A stretch of 64,000 nucleotides of DNA from an uncultured delta proteobacterium (GTDB taxonomy: Bacteria > Myxococcota_A > Polyangia > Polyangiales > Polyangiaceae): NCBI GenBank assembly GCA_963806225.1, contig CAWDXG010000004.1, positions 5,312,001 to 5,376,000 of the forward strand. The letters are read 5' to 3'. The notes beneath the pieces are model-generated. The model was not told the DNA's origin and did not search any database. It was given only the letters and a program-made list of their open reading frames with translations. Position numbers and translations under genes: made by a program. Shown in pieces: positions 28,986 to 39,505 of the stretch. The first letter of the stretch is position 1. The number at the start of each line of letters is the position of its first letter.

Positions 28986-29860
28986 GGGGCGTCTCCTGGC
29001 GGCCACGGCAGCAGGCGCGATACGCGCCGTCTGTGTGCGGCGAACCCCGGCCGCGACGCGGCCAGGTGTTTTTCCATCATCGGGATACTGATCATGTTGA
29101 AGAGCAGCGTCATGGCGATAGGGCCTGCCACGCACCAGAGCGCGTGCCGGTCGGCGCCCAGCGAAAGCAGGCAGAGGCCCCACCAGAACATCAGCTCGCC
29201 GAAGTAGTTCGGATGGCGCGACCAGGACCAGACGCCGCGTTCGCAGATCGCACCTGGCTCACGCGGCGAGGTCACGAACGCGCGCAGCTGCCGGTCGGCA
29301 ACCGCCTCGATCAACGTCGCCCCCCCGGCGACGAACGCGCCGGCCAGGTCGAAAGCGCCGAGCGGAGCCGGCCGGGTGACCGCCACGACAATCGACCAGC
29401 TGCCGAGCCACACCAGGAGCGCGGGGAACAGGTGGATGCCGAGCAGGCTCACCAGCCAGTACGCCGCGCCGCTCTTTTCGCGCAGGTCCACGTAGCGGAA
29501 GTCCTCGTGCGCCGCACCGCGCCATTGCCGGATCCAGTTCCAGGTCAGTCGCAGGCCCCACGCCGAGACGAGCGCGATCACCAGCCAGGCGCGCGCGCCC
29601 GGACGCGGCGCCTGGGCGAGCAGCCACGCCGCGCTGGCGACGGGTGCCACGCTCCAGTACGGGTCGAAGGCGCTGGAATTGTCCAGCGCGACGCTGCACG
29701 AAAACACGACGACCGTGGCTGCCAGGCTTGCCGCGCCGAGCTGCCGGAACAGGCCCGTGTCGCTTGGCAGCCCACGGAGCACAAGCGCCGCGGTTCCAAG
29801 CGACAGCGCGTAGACCGCTGCCACGACGGCGAGCGCGGCAGGGCGCGGGATCGAGGCCAT
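28982..29860 (-). CDS. DUF1295 family membrane protein (steroid 5-alpha-reductase C-terminal-like)
   Basis: NSSAFDPYWS, WGLRLT, EDFRY, ADRQL, WSWSRHPNYFGE; ATGA overlap with the SDR. Confidence 0.88.
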   Translation of the reverse strand: MASIPRPAALAVVAAVYALSLGTAALVLRGLPSDTGLFRQLGAASLAATVVVFSCSVALDNSSAFDPYWSVAPVASAAWLLAQAPRPGARAWLVIALVSAWGLRLTWNWIRQWRGAAHEDFRYVDLREKSGAAYWLVSLLGIHLFPALLVWLGSWSIVVAVTRPAPLGAFDLAGAFVAGGATLIEAVADRQLRAFVTSPREPGAICERGVWSWSRHPNYFGELMFWWGLCLLSLGADRHALWCVAGPIAMTLLFNMISIPMMEKHLAASRPGFAAHRRRVSRLLPWPPGDAP

Positions 29861-29925
29861 CCGGGGCACGCGCCCGACCCTAACGCACTCTTGCCGCCCG
29901 GAAGGGACCGAAGTACGCAAGCTGG

Positions 29926-30390
29926 ATGGAAGGACTGCCGAAGACGGTTGCCGAGGTGATGACGCGCAAGGTCGTGACCATCGGCGAGAACGACACGCTC
30001 GAGAAGCTGGAAGAAGGCATGACCCGCTTCCACTTCCGCCACCTGCCGGTTGTCGAGGGCGGCAAGCTCGTGGGGCTCGTGACCCACCGCGATCTGCTGC
30101 ACGCCTCTTCGAGCTTCCTTTCGGAAGCGGCCGACGCGCGCAACGCGATCATCCGCAAGCAGCCTGCCAAGAAGATCATGCACACCGACGTGGTTACGGT
30201 CGGCGCCGAGGACTCGCTGCTCGAGGCCGCCACGCTGATGTGGGACGCCAAGCTCGGCTGTCTGCCCGTGGTGGACGACGACCAGAAGGTGATCGGCATC
30301 CTCACCGAGGCCGACTTCCTCAAGCTGACCATCCACCTGCTGGGTGGCGGTGGTCGCCCCCCGCCCCCGAGCAGCGTCAGCCACGGCTGA
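29926..30390 (+). CDS. CBS-pair protein
   Basis: RHLPVVEGGKLVGLVTHRD and GCLPVVD..GILTEAD. Confidence 0.92.
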   Translation: MEGLPKTVAEVMTRKVVTIGENDTLEKLEEGMTRFHFRHLPVVEGGKLVGLVTHRDLLHASSSFLSEAADARNAIIRKQPAKKIMHTDVVTVGAEDSLLEAATLMWDAKLGCLPVVDDDQKVIGILTEADFLKLTIHLLGGGGRPPPPSSVSHG

Positions 30391-30467
30391 GCCACTGCGC
30401 ACTTTGTGCGCCATCGCGATGTCAACGCGGGGTTACCCCCGCCGCGCGAGCCGCGCGGAGTGCGGCC

Positions 30468-30483
30468 CGGCACAGCTCATGCA
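30468..30483 (+). promoter_or_regulatory. Possible sigma-54 promoter
   Basis: CGGCACAGCTCATGCA = GG-N10-GC, but only ~16 nt before ATG 30499. Confidence 0.4.
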
Positions 30484-30498
30484 GGTTGGGGCGGTGTG

Positions 30499-31461
30499 AT
30501 GAATGCACGCCTGAGCGCTGTTGCCTTTGCCGTCGCTGTCTTCGCTGTCGCTGGAGTCGCCGCCGCCCAGGAACAGGCCCCCGGGCTCACGCTGGCCACC
30601 GGCGCCGACGCCGGAACGGCGGCCAACGAAACGCCGCCTCCGCCGGTGCACGTCGTGGTCGGTTGCGAGGCGCCGTGCCCCGCGCTGCCTCGTCACCAGG
30701 ACGAGTTCCGCACCTTCGGGCTGCGCGTGAGCGAGACCCACGTGAAGATCGCCAACGACTCCACGACCTCGCTCGGCGTGCTTCTGGCGTTCGACCATCA
30801 CCAGTACACGACGACCGGGTTCTTCACGACGCGCTCGCTCGACTTCGGCTTCATCGGTGGCGGCTCGGGCGGCTTCGAGGGCGGGCTCGGCGGCGACTTC
30901 GCGTTTGGCGTGCGCGTGCCGCTCGGCGAGGCGCATGGTCCGTTCGCCCGGCTTGGCTTCAAGGGCTACCTCTACGGCAACGACGACCTGTACAGCTCGA
31001 TCCTGGAGCTGCCCACCGGTCAGCTCGGCTACCAGATCCTTGTCGGTCATCGGCTCTTGTTGGAGCTGGCGGCGGACGCTGCGCCGGTGCTGGTGGGCCG
31101 CTACAACGTCGGAGACGCCCGACCTCGCAAGCTGGGAAAGTCGTTCGACTACGGCGGCCATCTCGGTTTCCGCGCCGGTGGCGTGCATCTGGAGCTGGCC
31201 TTCTCGCGCATCGATCGCGGGCGCGACTCCGCGCTGGATCCGCTCGACGTGTTCCGTGGCGAGCTCTGCGCCGCGGCGTGGCCGATCGCTCTGTGTGCCG
31301 ACGGCCGGGCCTACCACGGGCCCGTGTTCGTTCCCCGCGCCGGCGGAGACGCGATCGGCACCACGCAGAGCTACTACCTCGGCGCCCACTTCGGCGTACT
31401 CACCGAGAGCCGCGACAACCGCTGGCGTCGCGACGAGCGGCGGCGCCAGCGTGCAAGGTAG
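30499..31461 (+). CDS. Secreted hypothetical protein, probable outer-membrane beta-barrel
   Basis: Signal peptide ending AAA-QE; alternating Gly/aromatic amphipathic strands; YYLGAHFG near the end. Confidence 0.65.
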   Translation: MNARLSAVAFAVAVFAVAGVAAAQEQAPGLTLATGADAGTAANETPPPPVHVVVGCEAPCPALPRHQDEFRTFGLRVSETHVKIANDSTTSLGVLLAFDHHQYTTTGFFTTRSLDFGFIGGGSGGFEGGLGGDFAFGVRVPLGEAHGPFARLGFKGYLYGNDDLYSSILELPTGQLGYQILVGHRLLLELAADAAPVLVGRYNVGDARPRKLGKSFDYGGHLGFRAGGVHLELAFSRIDRGRDSALDPLDVFRGELCAAAWPIALCADGRAYHGPVFVPRAGGDAIGTTQSYYLGAHFGVLTESRDNRWRRDERRRQRAR

Positions 31462-31929
31462 CTAGCTTGACACCTTCGCCGCTAGATTCGCGAGAAAGCC
31501 CTCCACCAGATCTGCGAACACCGAGCGCACGAAGGGCGGCACGGCGAGGCGGAAGGCGAGGGGAACGCGGATCCCGCCGATGGTGCCCGCGATCGAGAGC
31601 GTGATATCGATGCGATCGCCGTGGTCGACGGTGAGCCAGCGCCCGCGGATGAGCGAGTTGCCCTCGCCGGTGATGGGCGTCCATTCCACCACGCCGCGGT
31701 CGATGTCCACGCTGAACGCCGTCGAATAGCGGACGACGTGCGAGATGCCCACCGGCTTGAAGCCGATCGGTTCGAGCTGCCACAGGTACTGGCGCTCGCC
31801 GATCGGCGTCAGCTTCTCCAGCTTCGGGAAAAGCCACAGCGTGCCTTCCAGGTCGAGCATCCGCTCCCTGGCGCGGGCGAAAGGCACGGCGACGGTCTCG
31901 CTCCGCTCGATGTCCACATCCACGTCCAC
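31462..31929 (-). CDS. SRPBCC/CoxG-like ligand-binding domain protein
   Basis: ERSETVAVPFARARERMLD..LFPKLEKL..VEWTPITGEGNSLIRGRW pattern; size ~155 aa. Confidence 0.7.
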   Translation of the reverse strand: MDVDVDIERSETVAVPFARARERMLDLEGTLWLFPKLEKLTPIGERQYLWQLEPIGFKPVGISHVVRYSTAFSVDIDRGVVEWTPITGEGNSLIRGRWLTVDHGDRIDITLSIAGTIGGIRVPLAFRLAVPPFVRSVFADLVEGFLANLAAKVSS

Positions 31930-32073
31930 CTTGCAGAGCGTAGCGCCTCATGGCGGATGCTGTCTGCGCCACCGGGGCCCGTCATCCATCGCGCCGAGCG
32001 GCCTTGACCCGCCCGGAGGCGGAGCACAGAATCCGGTCAACCCAGCCGACAGCGCGGCTCGTGGAGGACATGC

Positions 32074-32475
32074 ATGGCGAAGCTACCGAGCGTCAGGGAA
32101 TACATGGACACGCGTCCGCTCAACCTGCGGACCGACACGCCAATCCTCGATGCCGTGGATTTCCTGCTGGAGAACCACATCACCGGCGCGCCGGTCGTGG
32201 ACGAAGAGGACCAGCTCGTCGGCCTGCTCTCGGAAAAGGACTGCCTGAGGCTGATCGCGCGCGGCGTGGATGCCGACACGCCGAAGGGCTCCGTCGGCGA
32301 TTTCATGACGACCGAGCTTTCCACCATCGAGCCCGACATGAACATCTACTTCGCGGCCGGTGTGTTCCTCAGCCACACGATGCGCAGGCTGCCCGTCGTC
32401 GACAAGGGCAAGCTCATCGGCGTCATCACGCGCTTCGACATCCTGCGCGCGATCCATACCGGCCTGCCCAGATAG
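32074..32475 (+). CDS. CBS-pair protein
   Basis: ITGAPVVD..LVGLLSEKD; RRLPVVDKGKLIGVITRFD; GGAGG RBS. Confidence 0.92.
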   Translation: MAKLPSVREYMDTRPLNLRTDTPILDAVDFLLENHITGAPVVDEEDQLVGLLSEKDCLRLIARGVDADTPKGSVGDFMTTELSTIEPDMNIYFAAGVFLSHTMRRLPVVDKGKLIGVITRFDILRAIHTGLPR

Positions 32476-32534
32476 GCTCGAACGCACCGAGCCCTGGGAC
32501 GGTGGGTCGCCACCAGCTGCAGCTCCCGGTGCGG

Positions 32535-33743
32535 CTAGCGCAGTTCCGCCGAGCTCTTGCCGAGCAGGCGCCGCGCGATGATGAGCAGCTGGATCTGCTG
32601 GGTGCCCTCGAAGATGTCGATGATCTTCGAGTCGCGCGCCCACTTCTCGAGTAGCTCGGTTTCCGTCGCGCCGACCGAGGCGCAGAGCTGGAGGCAGCGC
32701 AGCGTGATGTGATTCGCACTGCGCGCCGCCTTGGCCTTGGCCATGGACGCTTCCTTGGAGTTCGGAATGCCGTTGTCGGCCATCCACGCCGCCTTGAGTG
32801 TTAGCAGGCGCGCGGCTTCGAGATCCGCTTCCATGCGGTAGAGCTCGGCTTCAGCCGCGGACGAGGCGAGCAGGGTCCGCGTGTAGTCCGCTTTCACGTT
32901 CGCCTTGCGGAGCAGCTCGCGGGTGAGTTCGATCGCGGCACGGCCGACGCCGAGCGCCATGCCCGCGACCATGGGTCGCGTGTTGTCGAAGGTCTGCATC
33001 ACGCCGCCAAAGCCGCCCTTCGTGTTGATCTCCGGGCTGCCGAGCAGGTTTTCCTTCGGCACGCGGCAGTCGGAAAATGCGATGGTCGCCGTGTCCGAGG
33101 CGCGGATGCCGAGCTTGTGATCGAGGCGGAGCAGCTCCATGCCAGGCGTGCCCTTTTCCACCACGAAGCTCTTCATCGCCGCGCGGCCGAGCGCTGGGTC
33201 GAGTGTGGCCCACACGACGACCAGATCCGCGCGGCTTCCGGCGGTGATGAAGATCTTCTCGCCGTTCAGCACGTAGTGATCGCCGTCGAGCCGCGCCGTG
33301 GTGCGGATGGCGCCCGAGTCGGAGCCGGCGTCCGGTTCGGTGATGGCCATCGCCGCCCAATGCCCTTTGAAGCGCTCGAGCTGCTCCTCGTTGGCCACAG
33401 CCGCGATGGCCGCGTTGCCGAGCCCCTGGCGCGGGATGCTGAGCGCCAGGCCGACATCACCCCAGCACATCTCGGTCAGACCGATCACGGTGGCCATGTT
33501 GCCGCCGTTGCGGACACCGCCGTCTTCCTTCTTCTTTTCGCGCTTCGTCTGGCCGGCGCCCGCGCCGGCCATGCCGCCGCCGTCGCCCATGCCCTCGAGC
33601 AGTGCGGCGAGCATGTCGAGCTCGACCGGGTACTCGTGCTCGGCGCGATCGTATTTGCGCGAGATGGGCCGGAACATCTGCTCGGCCACCATGTGGGCCT
33701 GTTCTTCAAGCGGAGCGAGCTTCTTGGGGATTTCGAGATACAT
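32535..33743 (-). CDS. Acyl-CoA dehydrogenase (FadE23-like)
   Basis: AMAITEPDAGSD, LNGEKIFIT, KLGIRASDT, DIFEGTQQIQ. Confidence 0.93.
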   Translation of the reverse strand: MYLEIPKKLAPLEEQAHMVAEQMFRPISRKYDRAEHEYPVELDMLAALLEGMGDGGGMAGAGAGQTKREKKKEDGGVRNGGNMATVIGLTEMCWGDVGLALSIPRQGLGNAAIAAVANEEQLERFKGHWAAMAITEPDAGSDSGAIRTTARLDGDHYVLNGEKIFITAGSRADLVVVWATLDPALGRAAMKSFVVEKGTPGMELLRLDHKLGIRASDTATIAFSDCRVPKENLLGSPEINTKGGFGGVMQTFDNTRPMVAGMALGVGRAAIELTRELLRKANVKADYTRTLLASSAAEAELYRMEADLEAARLLTLKAAWMADNGIPNSKEASMAKAKAARSANHITLRCLQLCASVGATETELLEKWARDSKIIDIFEGTQQIQLLIIARRLLGKSSAELR

Positions 33744-33758
33744 GATCGTTCCTCGGGT

Positions 33759-35157
33759 CTAGACGAGCACGCCGCCTTCGAGCACGGACAGCGTCATCAG
33801 GTCTCGGTACCAGCGCTCGACGGGGTGTTCCTTGATGTAGCCGTGCCCGCCGAGCAGCTGCACGCCGTTGGTGGCGATCTCCATGCCCTTTTCCTGCGTG
33901 AGCACCCGGGCGAGGTACGCTTCGCGATGGAAGTCGAGCCCGTGCTCGGCCTGCGCCGCCGCGCGCCAGGTCACGAGCCGCATCGACTCGATCTCGATCG
34001 CCAGGTTCGAGACCATGAACGCGACGGCCTGGCGGTGGCTGATCGGCTCGCCGAACGCCTTGCGGTCGTTGACGTAGGGGATGACGTAGTCGAGCACCGC
34101 CTGCGCCGTGCCGACGGCCAGCGCCGCGGTCGCGATGCGCGAGCGATCGACCAGCTCCGCGTAGTCGACGGCGTCGGGTGCACCGCCCAGAATCGCGCTG
34201 GCCGGCAGCCGAACGCCGTCGAAACGTACGCGGCCGAGCCCCGCCGCGCGCGCGCCCAGTGCCGGATCGGCCTCGACGCTCACGCCCTCGGCGTTCCGCT
34301 CCACCAGGACCGCGCAGGGGCGGCCGCCGACCAGCTCCGCCGCGACGAGGAACAGCTCGGCGCTCGTGGCGAGCGGTACCAGCGACTTCTCGCCGTACAG
34401 CCGGAGCTCGCCCGCGCGCAGCGTGACCCGCGTCGAGAGCGCGTTCGGGTCGAACAGCGGGCGTGGCTCGGACAGCAGAAGAGCTGCCGGTGGCGGGGTT
34501 TCCCCGGCGAAGGCCGGGAGGTATTTCGCCTGCTGCTCCGCGGAGCCCCAGCGCGAGAGCGCATGCGCCACGCCGATGGGCGCGAGCGCCGCGAGGGCCA
34601 GGCCCAGGTCGCCGTGCGCGAGATCCTCGGCTACCAGGGTGCCCATCACCGTGGACGTTTCGGTCGCGGCGCCGCCCAGAGCCTCGGGCACCGACATCGG
34701 TCCCAGAGCGAGATCGGCGAGCTGCGACTCGAAGCCCTCCGGGGGCGCGCCGTCCGTGTCCGCCTTGGCGGCCGCCGGCTCGAGCACCTCGCGGGCGAAG
34801 CGTTGCGCCACGTCGCGGATCATCTGCTGCTCGTCGGTCGGATTCAGAATCGAAGAGCTTGCGCGGCGCGGGCTGCGCAAGCCGTTCCGGCGCGCTCGGC
34901 TTGCCGTTCGCCTTGAACGCGTGCGCCAGCTTGGCGCCCGCCTGGAAGCCCTCGCGCACCGCACCGCGCGTCAGCTTCTGCGCCGGCTCGTACAGTCCCA
35001 GCCGGTGCACCAGCGGCGACGACGAGAAGCGCCCCAGCATCGCCAGCGACGCGTTCATCGCCTGCCGCCCGAAGCGCGCGCCGGGGCTCTCCTTGCCATT
35101 GGTCTTCTTCACGCCGGGGCGCTGTAGAGTCCTTGTGTCCATCGTATTCTCCGTCAT
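33759..35157 (-). CDS. Acyl-CoA dehydrogenase (FadE24-like); +1 frameshift at ~34848
   Basis: N-terminal part ends ..APRKLFD; removing one A at 34848/34849 continues LNPTDEQQMIRD; RKAFGEPISHRQAVAF, QLLGGHGYIKEHPVERWYRD; start overlaps the thiolase stop (ATGA). Confidence 0.88.
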
Positions 35158-36449
35158 GATCCGACGCGCTCCATGACTGCCGCCGCCCCCAGGCCGCCGG
35201 CGGCGCAGATGCCGAGCAGCGCGGTGTTCTTGCCGCTTGTGTGAAGCTCGGTCGCCATCGTGGTCACCATGCGGGCGCCGGTGGCGCCGAAGGGATGACC
35301 GAGGGCGAGCGAGCCGCCGTGAACGTTGAGCCGCTCCATGTCGACTTTGCCGACCGCCTTTTCGCGGCCGAGCCGCGCGCGTGCGAAAGCGTCGCTCCCC
35401 AGCATCTTCACGATGCTCAGCACCTGCGCCGCGAACGCCTCGTGCATGTCCACCAGGTCCACCTGGCCGAGCTCGAGCTCCGCGCGCTCGAGCGCCTTCG
35501 GCATCGCGAGCGCGGGCCCCATCAACAGCTGATCCGCCGGGTCCACGCCCGTGTAGGCCCATGACCGGAACGCAGCGAGCGGCTCCAGCCCGAGCGCCTT
35601 GGCCTTCTTCTCGCTCATCAAGAGCACCGCTGCGGCGCCGTCGGTGAGCGCGCTGGAGTTGCCCGCAGTGAGCGTGCCGTCCTTGGCGAACACCGGCCTG
35701 AGCCTTTCGAGCTTGTCCACCGACGTGTCGGCGCGCACCAGGCCGTCGGCGTGCACCCAGCGCCCGTGCGGCGTCTGCACCGGCACCACCTCGTCGTCGA
35801 AGCGCCCGGATGCGATGGCCGCGGCGGCGCGGTGGTGCGACTGCACCGCGAACTCGTCCTGCGCGTCGCGCGGGATCTCGTTGCGGCGGGCCATGCGCTC
35901 GGCGGCTTCGCCCATCACCTCGCCGGTGCTGCGCTCGGCGATCTTCGGCTGTCTGGGCAGAAGATCCGTGAACGGCGCCAGCTTCTGGATCATCCCGAGG
36001 TAGTCCGCCGGTGTGCCCTTGCCGAACGCGATGGGCGCTGCGGCGTGGATCAGCTTCTGCGGCAGCTTGACCTCCGCGTTGCTGGTCGAGTCGCTGCCGC
36101 CGGCGATCACCACGTCGGCTTCGCCGCGCTCGATCGCCGCCGCAGCCAGCGTCACGGCCTGCAGCCCGGACGCGCAGGCGCGCGTCACCGTGAAGGCTTC
36201 GCAGCCCGGATCGAGCCCCAGGTCGAGCACGATCTCGCGGCCTACGTTGGGCGCCGTGCCCGGCAGGATCACGCCGCCCCAGACCAGGCTCTCGACCTCG
36301 CGGTACGGCAGGTCCAGCCGGTCGAGCAGCCCGCGCACGGCGGCTACGCCGAGCGCGATGGTGTCCATCTCGATGAATTCGCCGAACGCCTTGACGAACG
36401 GCGTCCGCGCGCCGCCGACGATCACTGCTCTGGTCTTCTTCGTGGCCAT
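35154..36449 (-). CDS. Acetyl-CoA C-acyltransferase (thiolase, FadI/FadA2-like)
   Basis: TRACASG, HEAFAAQ, GHPFGATG, ICAAGGLG catalytic motifs. Confidence 0.95.
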   Translation of the reverse strand: MATKKTRAVIVGGARTPFVKAFGEFIEMDTIALGVAAVRGLLDRLDLPYREVESLVWGGVILPGTAPNVGREIVLDLGLDPGCEAFTVTRACASGLQAVTLAAAAIERGEADVVIAGGSDSTSNAEVKLPQKLIHAAAPIAFGKGTPADYLGMIQKLAPFTDLLPRQPKIAERSTGEVMGEAAERMARRNEIPRDAQDEFAVQSHHRAAAAIASGRFDDEVVPVQTPHGRWVHADGLVRADTSVDKLERLRPVFAKDGTLTAGNSSALTDGAAAVLLMSEKKAKALGLEPLAAFRSWAYTGVDPADQLLMGPALAMPKALERAELELGQVDLVDMHEAFAAQVLSIVKMLGSDAFARARLGREKAVGKVDMERLNVHGGSLALGHPFGATGARMVTTMATELHTSGKNTALLGICAAGGLGAAAVMERVGS

Positions 36450-36468
36450 GTCGTTCTCCGTTACTTTC

Positions 36469-37893
36469 CTAGGCTCCGATGAACGCGCCGCCGCACACGC
36501 GCAGGATCTGTCCGGTGAGGCCCTGGGCGCCGGAACTGGCGAGGAAGGTGATGGCCTGCGCCACGTCTTCGGGCTGACCGCCCTGGCCGAGCGCGCTCAG
36601 GCGCCGGCCGACTTCGCGGATCGCCACCGGGATGGCCGCTGTCAGCCGCGTCTCGATGAAACCTGGTGCGATGGCGTTGACCGTGATGCCGCGCGGAGCC
36701 AGCTTCGGCGACAGGCCGCGCACGTAGCCCGCCACGCCGCCCTTGGACGCGGCGTAGTTGGTCTGGCCCATGTTGCCGGCGAGCCCCGCGATCGACGACA
36801 GGCACACCACGCGCCCGCCGTCTTTCAGAGCCTTCTTCTCGATCGCAGCCGTGAGCCGCACGACGGCCTCGAGGTTCACGGCCATGATCTGGTCCCACTG
36901 CTCTTCCTTCATGCGGGCCAGCGTCTTGTCGCGCGTGATGCCGGCGTTGTGCACGACGACATCGGCGCTGCCCAGATCGCGGAGCGCCGAGAGTAGCTTT
37001 TCGCCCGCGTCGGCTGCCGTCACGTCGAGCGCGAGCGGCGTGCCTCCGATCTCGCGCGCCAGCTGCGCTGTGGGGCCGTCGTCCGCGGGGCGATCGAGGC
37101 ACACCACGTGCGCACCTTCCAGCGCGAGCCGCCGCGCGGTGGCTTTGCCGATGCCACGCGCCGCTCCGGTAACCAGCGCCACCTTGCGATCGAGCGCTCG
37201 CACCGGCGCGGCGCCATTTGCGCCCATATCCTTCGCGCGCAACGTCACCGATAGTGGCTGTCCGCTGACGTAGGCCGAGCGTGCCGACATCAGGAACGTC
37301 AGCACCGGTCCGAGCCGTGACTCGGCGCCCGGCTCCACCAGGACGAGGTTCGCCGTCGCGCCCTTGCGGCCCACTTCCTTGGCCACGCTGCGGATGAAGC
37401 CGTCGAGCGCGCCCGCGACGAGCGACGACTCCGCGCTGTCACCCGCCGTGCGCCCGAGCACGATGACGCGCCCCGAGCGATCCACGCGCTGGATGGCGGG
37501 GTGGAAGAAGTCGTACAGCGCGCGCAGCCCTTCCGCGTCCTTGATGCCCGAGGCATCGAACACGAGCGCGCGCACGCGCTCGCCGTCCTGGAGCTCCGTC
37601 ATGGGCCGCGGCGGATGTCCGTAGGCCTCGCCGGCCTCGCCGAAAGCCGCGGCGTCCGTGGCGCCGTCCAGATACGGGTCGGCGCCAGCCCCCGCCACGC
37701 TGCGGGAAATCGGAGCGAGCAGCGCCGCCCCGGGCGCCGCGCCGATGGCGACCTTCTGCTCCATCAGCGGGTGCGCCGACCACGGGCCCTTCTCGCGATC
37801 GAGCGGAGTCGGCAGCGGCAGCGGCAGCCCCAGCGTCTTGATCAGCGAGCGGGCCTGCGGGTTCTTCGAGATGTCGATCAGCCAGTCAGCCAT
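36469..37893 (-). CDS. High-molecular-weight 3-oxoacyl reductase (FabG4-like)
   Basis: AGGAGG RBS, ATG 37893; extra N-terminal domain + SDR (TGAARGIG, HNAGITRDK, YAASK). Confidence 0.9.
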   Translation of the reverse strand: MADWLIDISKNPQARSLIKTLGLPLPLPTPLDREKGPWSAHPLMEQKVAIGAAPGAALLAPISRSVAGAGADPYLDGATDAAAFGEAGEAYGHPPRPMTELQDGERVRALVFDASGIKDAEGLRALYDFFHPAIQRVDRSGRVIVLGRTAGDSAESSLVAGALDGFIRSVAKEVGRKGATANLVLVEPGAESRLGPVLTFLMSARSAYVSGQPLSVTLRAKDMGANGAAPVRALDRKVALVTGAARGIGKATARRLALEGAHVVCLDRPADDGPTAQLAREIGGTPLALDVTAADAGEKLLSALRDLGSADVVVHNAGITRDKTLARMKEEQWDQIMAVNLEAVVRLTAAIEKKALKDGGRVVCLSSIAGLAGNMGQTNYAASKGGVAGYVRGLSPKLAPRGITVNAIAPGFIETRLTAAIPVAIREVGRRLSALGQGGQPEDVAQAITFLASSGAQGLTGQILRVCGGAFIGA

Positions 37894-38845
37894 GGTTCGA
37901 ACCCTCCTTCTTGGTGGCGCGCGTCTCGAAGTGCCCTTCGAGGTACGCGCCGCCGCCCGGCGCATCGCCCACGTAGAGTCCCTGGTCGCGGGTGACGTAC
38001 ACGCCGATCGAAGCCGGCAGGACGAGCGGCCGCGTGAAGCGCGCCTCGACCACGGCGAGCGCATCCACGTCGCCGCACAGCACGTCGCGATCCACCGCCT
38101 CGATGGCGCGGGCCAGCGTGGAAAAGCCGTGCAGAATCACCGAGCGGAAGCCCGCGGCGCGCGCGTACGGCGGGACCCAGTGCAGTGGGTTGATGTCGCC
38201 GGTGAGCTTGGCGAAGTCCCAGCCGGCGTTCCTGCCAATGCGCATGAACGCGATTTCGCGCGCGTCCACCGGCACGCTGGGACGCCGCTTCGGGGCTTTG
38301 TCCGGCTTTTCTTTTTGTCTGCCCGTCGCGGAACCGTTCTTGTTGCCTGGGCGGACCAGGGGCACGTGCGCGCGGAGCTCGGCGAAGATGGCCTCGGGCG
38401 CGCTCTTCGTTCCGGTGACGATGGTCGTGGTGAGGATCGCGCGCCGGCCATCGTCGTCGACGGACTCGAGCCGCGCCGCGACCTCGAGCGGCTCGCCCGC
38501 CGGCAGCGGCGCGCGCTGCTCGATGCGGCAGCCGGCGTTGACCACGCGCGCCATCGGGTAGCTGGTGTCGGCGATGGCGCGGGCCGCGAGCGGAAAGCCC
38601 CACTGCGGGAACAGGTGTGCGGGGACGCGCCCGCGGTACCAGGCCGGGTCGCCTCCGACGTGCCGCACGTAGTCGCGGATCAATGCCGCCGACCGTGGCG
38701 GCAGGGTCTGGCGGATCCATTCGCCCGGCAGCGACGGCGTGGGGCCGCCGCCTTTGCTGGACATGGACGAGATGGCCACGCCGCCCAGCGCGCGGATGAC
38801 CGGAACCTGGTCGAGAAGACGCAACATGGAGACGGACACGTTCAC
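37886..38845 (-). CDS. Double-hotdog MaoC-type (R)-hydratase/dehydratase (HtdX-like)
   Basis: FAKLTGDINPLH..ARAAGFRSVILHG hydratase motif. Confidence 0.88.
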   Translation of the reverse strand: MNVSVSMLRLLDQVPVIRALGGVAISSMSSKGGGPTPSLPGEWIRQTLPPRSAALIRDYVRHVGGDPAWYRGRVPAHLFPQWGFPLAARAIADTSYPMARVVNAGCRIEQRAPLPAGEPLEVAARLESVDDDGRRAILTTTIVTGTKSAPEAIFAELRAHVPLVRPGNKNGSATGRQKEKPDKAPKRRPSVPVDAREIAFMRIGRNAGWDFAKLTGDINPLHWVPPYARAAGFRSVILHGFSTLARAIEAVDRDVLCGDVDALAVVEARFTRPLVLPASIGVYVTRDQGLYVGDAPGGGAYLEGHFETRATKKEGSNHG

Positions 38846-39492
38846 CTCGTTTCCGGGACGCTTTGCGCGTCTCTGGGCCCGCCGTCGCGGAAGAGCGCCG
38901 CGCGGGCGATGCGCAACAGCTCATGCTCGTAGCGGTAGCCCGCGTCGCTGGCGGGCTGGATAGCTGCGGTGCTCACGCCTGCGCTCGAGACGGCGCCGAG
39001 CACGAGCTGCAGCATGTGCAACACGTACACCTCGGGATCAACGTCCGGCCAGTGCCGGCCGTGCTCGCGCCCGGACTCGATGTAGCCGGCGACGGCGAGC
39101 AGCCAAGGGCGCACCGCTTCGCGCATCAGCTGCTTTGCTTCTTCCGGGCGATCGAGCATCTCGCGCACGATCAGTCGTGCGCGATCCGGATCGTCGGTGA
39201 AGAAGCGGTACAGCTCGCCGAGCACCGCGTCGAAGCGATCCTCGCTGGCACTTGCCGCGAGCAGCAGTCCCGGCAGCACGTCGCGCCAGTGATCGAGAAT
39301 CGAGTCGAGCACCGCCTGGCGAAGTGCGGACTTGGACGCGAAGTAGTGCAGGACGGCCTGCTTGGTCACGCCCACCTCGTCCGCGATGAGTTGCAACGAC
39401 GTGTCGGCGAAGCCGCGCCGCGCGAACAGCCGCGTGGCCGCCGAGAGCACCTCGGTCCTGACTTCGCCGGGCTGTGAGGGAGCGCTTACCAT
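38842..39492 (-). CDS. TetR/AcrR family regulator
   Basis: AATRLFARRGFADTSLQLIADEVGVTKQAVLHYFASK. Confidence 0.93.
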   Translation of the reverse strand: MVSAPSQPGEVRTEVLSAATRLFARRGFADTSLQLIADEVGVTKQAVLHYFASKSALRQAVLDSILDHWRDVLPGLLLAASASEDRFDAVLGELYRFFTDDPDRARLIVREMLDRPEEAKQLMREAVRPWLLAVAGYIESGREHGRHWPDVDPEVYVLHMLQLVLGAVSSAGVSTAAIQPASDAGYRYEHELLRIARAALFRDGGPRDAQSVPETR

Positions 39493-39505
39493 CCGGACGG
39501 CGAAC

